A stretch of 64,000 nt of DNA from Vulcanimicrobiota bacterium. GTDB taxonomy: Bacteria; Vulcanimicrobiota; Vulcanimicrobiia; Vulcanimicrobiales; Vulcanimicrobiaceae. The position numbers were made by a program, and so were the translations under genes. The notes beneath the pieces are model-generated. The model made no database searches, was not told where the DNA came from, and worked only from the letters and a program-made list of their open reading frames with translations. This document shows, piece after piece, positions 58,866 to 64,000 of the stretch; the first letter of the stretch is position 1, and each line of letters starts with the position of its first letter. The DNA lies in the NCBI GenBank assembly GCA_963733295.1, contig CAVTCS010000003.1, forward strand, positions 1,184,001 to 1,248,000, given 5' to 3'.

Positions 58866-60344
58866 CTAGCTTCCGGGCGCCCCTGCCGGTGAGATCGGCT
58901 TGAGTCCGGACCGCGGCCGGCTGTGAGGAGGCATCGGATCCATCCCGTGAATCTCGAGATCTCCGCCCTCGACCTCCGCATCGCTCGCTCGCAAGGGAAA
59001 GACGAGCGACACCAACTTCAAGACGAGGAACGTCATCACGACGTTCCAGCCGATGATCACCGCCGCCGCTTCGGCTTGATGTGCTAGCTGCGTGAAGTTT
59101 CCGTGGAAGATCGCGCCTTCGACCGATACCGCAGGCGTTTTCTTGTCGCGGCTCAGGTACTCGAACATCGCCGGATTGGCGACGACTCCGACCATCAGGC
59201 CGCCGACCAGTCCCGCCACGCCGTGCGTGTGCAGCACGCCGAACGTGTCGTCGACTCGCTTGAGAAACGCCATCTTTCCGATTTTATTGAGACTGAACCA
59301 CGAGACGCCGCCGCCCACGACGCCGATCGCCATCGCCCCATATCCGTCGACGAAACCGGCGGCCGGCGTGATGGCGACGAGACCCGTGATCATGCCGTTG
59401 ACCATCGACACCGCATTCGGTTTGCCGGTCGCGAACATGTCGAGCACGAGCCAGGTCAGCAGCGCGAGCGCGGTCGCGATGTTCGTATTGAGGACTGCGG
59501 CTCCCGCGTCGGCATTTGCAAAGTACGGGTCGCCACCGTTGAAGCCGTTCCATCCGAGCCAGAGCAACCCGGCGCCGGCGAGCGCCATGATCAAGTTGTT
59601 CGGCTCGAAATCTTCCCGGTCTTCGATGAGACGCGGGCCGACGACCGCTGCCGCGACGAAACCCGAAACTCCGGCTGCCAAGTGGATGACGTAGCCGCCG
59701 GAGTAGTCGACGGCGCCCATTTGCGCGAGCCATCCGCCGCCCCAGAGCATGAATGCGCCGGCGGTGTACACGATCGTGCTCCACAGCGGGACGAAGAGCA
59801 TCCAGGCTTTGAAGTTCATGCGACCCAGGACCGAGCCTGCGATCAAGATCGGCGTGATGGCTGCGAACACGAACTGGAAATAGATCATCGCCGAGCCGGG
59901 GAAGCGCAACGGCGGAAAACCGCTGCCCGCCAGCGGAATCGTGGCTTGACCGATCTCGGCGGCCGGCGATAGTGCGGGATGCGGTATGCCGATGAGCTGC
60001 GAGAACATCCCGGGCCCGAGCCGCGCCGGCGCGCCGAAGGACATATTGTAGCCCCACAGCGTCCAGACGACCAGCACGATCGAGAACGCGTAGAAGCACA
60101 TGACCGCGGAATTGAGCGCCCACTTCTTCTTCACGAGCCCCGCGTACAGAATCGCGAGCCCCGGAATGCTCTGCATTCCGACAAAGGTTGCAGCGGTGAG
60201 TTGCCACGCCGTATCGCCCGAATTCAGAAAAGCGGGCGCGGGGATATACGGATTCGCATCGGCGAAGAGCAATATCTGACCCCCACGGGCGTTCGAGATC
60301 TTTGCTCTAGCGTAGCTTGCGGCGCTCAGTAACGCATTAGACAT
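58866..60344 (-). CDS. amt: Ammonium transporter (Amt family)
   Basis: GDTAWQL, FQFVFAAIT, DYSGGYVIH, LWLGWNGFNGG, GLVAITP, DDTFGVLHTH; start uncertain. Confidence 0.95.
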   Translation of the reverse strand: MSNALLSAASYARAKISNARGGQILLFADANPYIPAPAFLNSGDTAWQLTAATFVGMQSIPGLAILYAGLVKKKWALNSAVMCFYAFSIVLVVWTLWGYNMSFGAPARLGPGMFSQLIGIPHPALSPAAEIGQATIPLAGSGFPPLRFPGSAMIYFQFVFAAITPILIAGSVLGRMNFKAWMLFVPLWSTIVYTAGAFMLWGGGWLAQMGAVDYSGGYVIHLAAGVSGFVAAAVVGPRLIEDREDFEPNNLIMALAGAGLLWLGWNGFNGGDPYFANADAGAAVLNTNIATALALLTWLVLDMFATGKPNAVSMVNGMITGLVAITPAAGFVDGYGAMAIGVVGGGVSWFSLNKIGKMAFLKRVDDTFGVLHTHGVAGLVGGLMVGVVANPAMFEYLSRDKKTPAVSVEGAIFHGNFTQLAHQAEAAAVIIGWNVVMTFLVLKLVSLVFPLRASDAEVEGGDLEIHGMDPMPPHSRPRSGLKPISPAGAPGS

Positions 60345-60377
60345 GCGGCGCACGTGCGCGGACCGCGGTTGTCCAAA

Positions 60378-61421
60378 CTAAAAGACCGGGATGATGTCCT
60401 CGGGTCCGATATCCCCGACGTCGACGCCGTCGAGATCGAGTTCGGGGATGGCTGGGAACGCGATGCCCCACTTTTCGACGATCGCGCGGACGCGCGCGAG
60501 TGCCAGGCGCCAGTTGTCCGCCTGTTCGTCGAAGGTTAGAACACCGAGGCCGCCCTGCCGGGCGTGCTCGACGAGAACCCGGTGGTTGGGCAAGAAATAG
60601 TCCGGAATCTCCCAAAACTGGTTCGGCGGCTCCCACAAGATCATCGATAGGAAAACGAAGCCTGCGCGCAGCTGGCGCGTGATCAGCGTTTTGTACTCGT
60701 CGGTGAGCCCCGGCCAGTCTTTTTCGAGAATCGTCAAGCAGATCGCGAGATGCCGCGCCTCGTCTTGACCGACTTTCTTGAAAATTTCGCGGAAAACCGG
60801 ATGCGTCGCCTTCTTCGACATCCCGAAGAACAGCGTCGAGCTAGCGACCTCGCCCATCATGAACGAAGTAAACAGGACGCTCAGCGGATACTTGCCGAGC
60901 GATTCGCCGTAGCCTTTCCAGTAGCGGCCGCCATTGTGATAGAGCCACTGGATGTTGTTGACCGCCGCGCGCTCGAGATCGGTCTTCGGTTCGAAGTCTA
61001 GCGGGCCACCCGGTACGAGTTTCTGGATCGCGCGCTGGCAGCATTCCTCGTGATTCATCTCGTCGCGAGTGATCGAAAAGAAACACTTACGCACTGGATC
61101 TTCGGTGTGCATTTCAAACGCGTGAATCATGGCCTTTGCGAAGACCGCGGGGCCCGAGCCGTCGAAATTTGCGAGCACCGCGTACCAGTACATGATGCCG
61201 ATGCGCTGCTCGGGAGTGAAGTCCGCAGCGCGCAACTGGTCCCACGGAAAATCCGCCGGGTTGTAGATCTGCAGCTTCGAGCGCTCGTACAACTCGGCGA
61301 GTTTCTCGGTCTCGACGCGCCACTCCATCGGGAAAATGTTGGGCTGCGGCACGGGCGGCGCCGGGACGAACCCACCCTCCGGGATGACGATCCCGGGAAC
61401 CTTGCTCGTGTAGACGGCCAT
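60378..61421 (-). CDS. Ferritin-like diiron carboxylate protein of unknown function
   Basis: Ligand pattern D(NFDGSG)...DEMNH...E(MGEVAS)...DEARH; GGAG RBS. Confidence 0.85.
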   Translation of the reverse strand: MAVYTSKVPGIVIPEGGFVPAPPVPQPNIFPMEWRVETEKLAELYERSKLQIYNPADFPWDQLRAADFTPEQRIGIMYWYAVLANFDGSGPAVFAKAMIHAFEMHTEDPVRKCFFSITRDEMNHEECCQRAIQKLVPGGPLDFEPKTDLERAAVNNIQWLYHNGGRYWKGYGESLGKYPLSVLFTSFMMGEVASSTLFFGMSKKATHPVFREIFKKVGQDEARHLAICLTILEKDWPGLTDEYKTLITRQLRAGFVFLSMILWEPPNQFWEIPDYFLPNHRVLVEHARQGGLGVLTFDEQADNWRLALARVRAIVEKWGIAFPAIPELDLDGVDVGDIGPEDIIPVF

Positions 61422-61432
61422 GGATTCTCCCT

Positions 61433-61465
61433 ACCAAATGGTCGGTTAACCTCCCCAGTATACCA
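61433..61465 (-). promoter_or_regulatory. Putative extended -10 promoter plus downstream TetR-type operator
   Basis: Minus-strand TGGTATACT (61465-61457), then near-palindrome ACCGACCATTTGGT (61446-61433), then GGAG and ATG. Confidence 0.6.
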
Positions 61466-61476
61466 CGGGGGATACG

Positions 61477-62055
61477 CTAGGCACGCAAACCCTCGATCGC
61501 GAGGCGTGAAATCGTGGCAGCGACCTCCGCGGCACTCAACCGGCCGCCCGGCCGGTACCACTCGACGGCCGAGTTCGACAACCCGAAGACGAGTCGAGCG
61601 GCCACCGCCGGGTCAATGTCCCGGCGCACGGTCCCCTCGGTCTGCGCCTCCGCGATCAAGTCGGCGACGATCCGGTCGAAACGACGACGGCGCTCGATCG
61701 CCTCCCGCTCGGTGAGCGAGTTCCCGCGCACCCCGAAAAGCACGCTTAGTTCGGGAAGCAGTTCGAGCGTGGTTGTAGCGACCCGCCCGACGATGTACTC
61801 GAGGCGCGCGAACGGCTCGCCCCGGCTGGCTCGCTTCTCTTCGAGGATCGCGAAAAGCGCGTCGAGCGCCCGGCGCAGTCCTCGCGCCAGCAGTTCTTCT
61901 TTGCCGGCGACGTGGTGGTAGATGCTCGCTTTCGTGATACCGGCGGCCCGCGCGACGTCGTCCATCGACGCGCCGTCGAAACCGCGTTCCGCGAAGACGC
62001 GCAATGCGACGTCGGTGAGCGAGTCGATGTCGTAAGGCTTACGCGCGTCGGTCAT
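61477..62055 (-). CDS. TetR-family regulator (PaaR-like)
   Basis: FAERGFDGASMDDVARAAGITKASIYHH..GKEEL; EWYRPGG. Confidence 0.9.
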   Translation of the reverse strand: MTDARKPYDIDSLTDVALRVFAERGFDGASMDDVARAAGITKASIYHHVAGKEELLARGLRRALDALFAILEEKRASRGEPFARLEYIVGRVATTTLELLPELSVLFGVRGNSLTEREAIERRRRFDRIVADLIAEAQTEGTVRRDIDPAVAARLVFGLSNSAVEWYRPGGRLSAAEVAATISRLAIEGLRA

Positions 62056-62345
62056 CGCGGGCTTCGCGACGCACGAACGCCGCGAACTTTCGCGGCGTTG
62101 GTGTCGGTTGGTGTCGGAGTTCCGTGCGTGCGACCTGTCGGAAAACTTCCGTGCGGTTCGGTTCGCTTCGCGACTCGACCGGGGTTGTCAGGCGCGTTCG
62201 CCGGTTCCGAAAGCCTGCCCGGGTGGATCTTCCGAGATAATCGGCCTCCTCGGCGGCTCGCGAGTGGAAATGTCTAGACACTACTAGTATAGCTCCGCGG
62301 GTTCCGGCATGTAAAGTGGCAGTCCACACTCAATACCGTTCGCGT

Positions 62346-63359
62346 ATGGCCAAAACGGCAGACGCATCGCGGACGCAACTCGGCCCAGAACAGCTGCGCA
62401 CGCTTCTTAGCAACATGCTTCTACAACGAGCTGTGGATAACCGCGGCTTTCAACTGAACCGTCAAGGCAAGATCGCGATCGCGATGGGTTCGGAAGGCCA
62501 CGAGGCCGTTCAAGCGGGCACGGGCCTGGCGTTCCAGCGCGGCAAGGACATCCTGTTTCCTTATTACCGCAACACGGGACTGACGCTCGCGTGCGGCTTA
62601 CCGCTCGCCGACCTCTTCCGTTCGCAATTCGCGCGGGCGACCGACCGTACCAAAGGGCGGCAGATCATCAACCACACGACGGCTCGCGACCTCGGGATCG
62701 CATCGATCAGTTCGATCATCGCTGCGCAGTGCACGCATGCCGTAGGAGCCGCATTTGCATTAAAGTACCGCAAAGAAGCCGACCGCGCGGTTTTCTGTCA
62801 GTTCGGCGAAGGCGCTACGAGCGAAGGCGAGTGGCACGAAGCGCTCAACTTCGCCGCAGTTCAGCGCTTGCCGATCGTCTTCGTGTGCGAGAACAATCGC
62901 TGGGCGATTTCGACCCCGCAGTCCAAGCAAATGGTCAACCCTGACGTCGCGGCGAGGGCCACCGGTTACGGCCTGCAAGGAACGATCGTCGACGGCTTCG
63001 ATCCGATCGCCGTCTACGGCGCAGTCTCGACCGCGCGCGAGCGCGCGGTTTCCGGAGGCGGTGCGACGCTCGTCGAAGCGAAATGTTACCGATTCCTTTC
63101 CCACACGACCGACGACGACGATCGAACCTATCGTTCGCGCGAGGAAGTCGAAGCGCAACGCAAGCTCGACCCCGTCCCGCGCTTCGAGCGCCGGCTCATC
63201 GACCACGGCGTCGTGACGAAGGAGCAGCTCGAGGCGCTGCGCGCCGAGATTTCGGCGCGCGTCAACGCGACGACCGACGAAATCGAGCGCGAGGCAGCGC
63301 CCGTCGCCGCCGACCTTTACGGCGACGTCTGGGAGGGCGACGAGTCACCCTGGGTTTGA
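62346..63359 (+). CDS. 2-oxoacid (branched-chain-type) dehydrogenase E1 alpha subunit
   Basis: LNRQGKI, GHEAVQ, PYYR, GEGATSEG...N TPP motif, ENNRWAIS, YRFLSHTTDDD. Confidence 0.92.
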   Translation: MAKTADASRTQLGPEQLRTLLSNMLLQRAVDNRGFQLNRQGKIAIAMGSEGHEAVQAGTGLAFQRGKDILFPYYRNTGLTLACGLPLADLFRSQFARATDRTKGRQIINHTTARDLGIASISSIIAAQCTHAVGAAFALKYRKEADRAVFCQFGEGATSEGEWHEALNFAAVQRLPIVFVCENNRWAISTPQSKQMVNPDVAARATGYGLQGTIVDGFDPIAVYGAVSTARERAVSGGGATLVEAKCYRFLSHTTDDDDRTYRSREEVEAQRKLDPVPRFERRLIDHGVVTKEQLEALRAEISARVNATTDEIEREAAPVAADLYGDVWEGDESPWV

Positions 63360-63373
63360 GGGGCTCCGGTCGC

Positions 63374-63577
63374 TCATGAGAACCTTAGCGACGCTCGCAC
63401 AAACCTTTTCATTCTTCTGGTTGTAGACTCGGCCCGGCCCGGTCGGAAATGAATCCAGAACCAGTCTCCGGTCAGAGCGCACCACTGGACCACATCCGTT
63501 TCGGTGATCGTCCGGCCGCGCGTCGTCTCGCGGTCGCCGATTCGCAATTCGCTATAGGTGCGGTCGAGCAACTTCAC
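63374..63577 (-). pseudogene. Truncated MaoC-family (R)-hydratase
   Basis: YSELRIGD...GRTITETDVVQWCALTGDWFWIH, then unrelated sequence and an early stop (67 aa); GTGA-coupled start. Confidence 0.7.
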
Positions 63578-64000
63578 CTCGCGAAGCCGGTCGGGAGAGG
63601 CGCCGGCGGACTTACCCCTGGAGGCGGGTCGATCTTCATCGGCGCGTTGAACTGCGAATAGACGTAAGCGCTGTCGAACGTGCCGTCCGGACGCCGGTTT
63701 TCGATTCGGTACGTCAACCCGTCGGCCTGTCCGATCCAAACCGTCGCGACGGCCTTCTCGGGCGTCGTGATCTCGTAGCGCCGCATCAGGACGTTGCCCA
63801 GTTTCGCATCGCCGAGATCTTTGATATCCGCTTTCTGCAGCGCCCCGATCGCGTCTTCGATCACGCTGTGCTCGAACGGCGGCTCGTTCCCAGTGATCTG
63901 GGCGGTCCACAGACCGCTGTCTCCGCGAACGTACTGGGTCTTGCCGATCCAAATGATCTCCGTGTTTCCGTAGGTCAGCCGGTAGCGATCGGGCGCGACG
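63574..64000 (-). CDS. Hypothetical protein, LolA/LppX-like fold (5' end beyond the window)
   Basis: Open to the window edge: VAPDRYRL...IWIGKTQY...VWIGQADGLTYRI...YSQFNAPMKIDPP. Confidence 0.6.
   Translation of the reverse strand, partial: VAPDRYRLTYGNTEIIWIGKTQYVRGDSGLWTAQITGNEPPFEHSVIEDAIGALQKADIKDLGDAKLGNVLMRRYEITTPEKAVATVWIGQADGLTYRIENRRPDGTFDSAYVYSQFNAPMKIDPPPGVSPPAPLPTGFAR

Noticed and set aside
60378..61421. Calling the diiron protein PaaA/PaaC or ribonucleotide reductase R2
   Set aside because: No paaB/C/D/E or nrdA neighbours, and I could not recognise family-specific motifs beyond the shared ligands.
63376..63426. 16-codon ORF MRTLATLAQTFSFFWL as a Phe/Trp leader peptide
   Set aside because: No attenuator hairpin or same-strand downstream gene; it lies in a suspected junction.

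Overview
High-GC bacterial chromosome segment. The gene style (Vgb-like propeller lipoproteins, Tat-exported peptide-binding proteins, SpoIIE/RsbW fusions, a long trans-envelope MlaD) suggests a diderm Terrabacteria lineage such as Eremiobacterota/Vulcanimicrobiota; this is inference only. In order: a minus-strand gmk-rpoZ-glmS-rph-hyp-mlaEFD-rhomboid run; rqcH, MATE, Crp and recQ; a form I aerobic CO dehydrogenase cluster (coxMSLG-xdhC/YHS-coxD-coxE, AYRCSFR motif) with a divergent mocA-GntR-split xdhC operon; a thioester-less alpha-2-macroglobulin head-to-head with pbpC; tig-clpP-clpX; seven minus-strand tRNAs interleaved with accessory genes, including two paralogous 'small secreted protein + Vgb-like propeller' cassettes; rdgB; paaI/paaN; and a TetR-adjacent two-gene unit encoding an uncharacterised diiron ferritin-like protein plus an ammonium transporter with no PII gene, which is the best candidate for an undescribed system. 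The window ends with an orphan E1-alpha facing a truncated MaoC. No CRISPR array, rRNA, integrase or transposase was seen.
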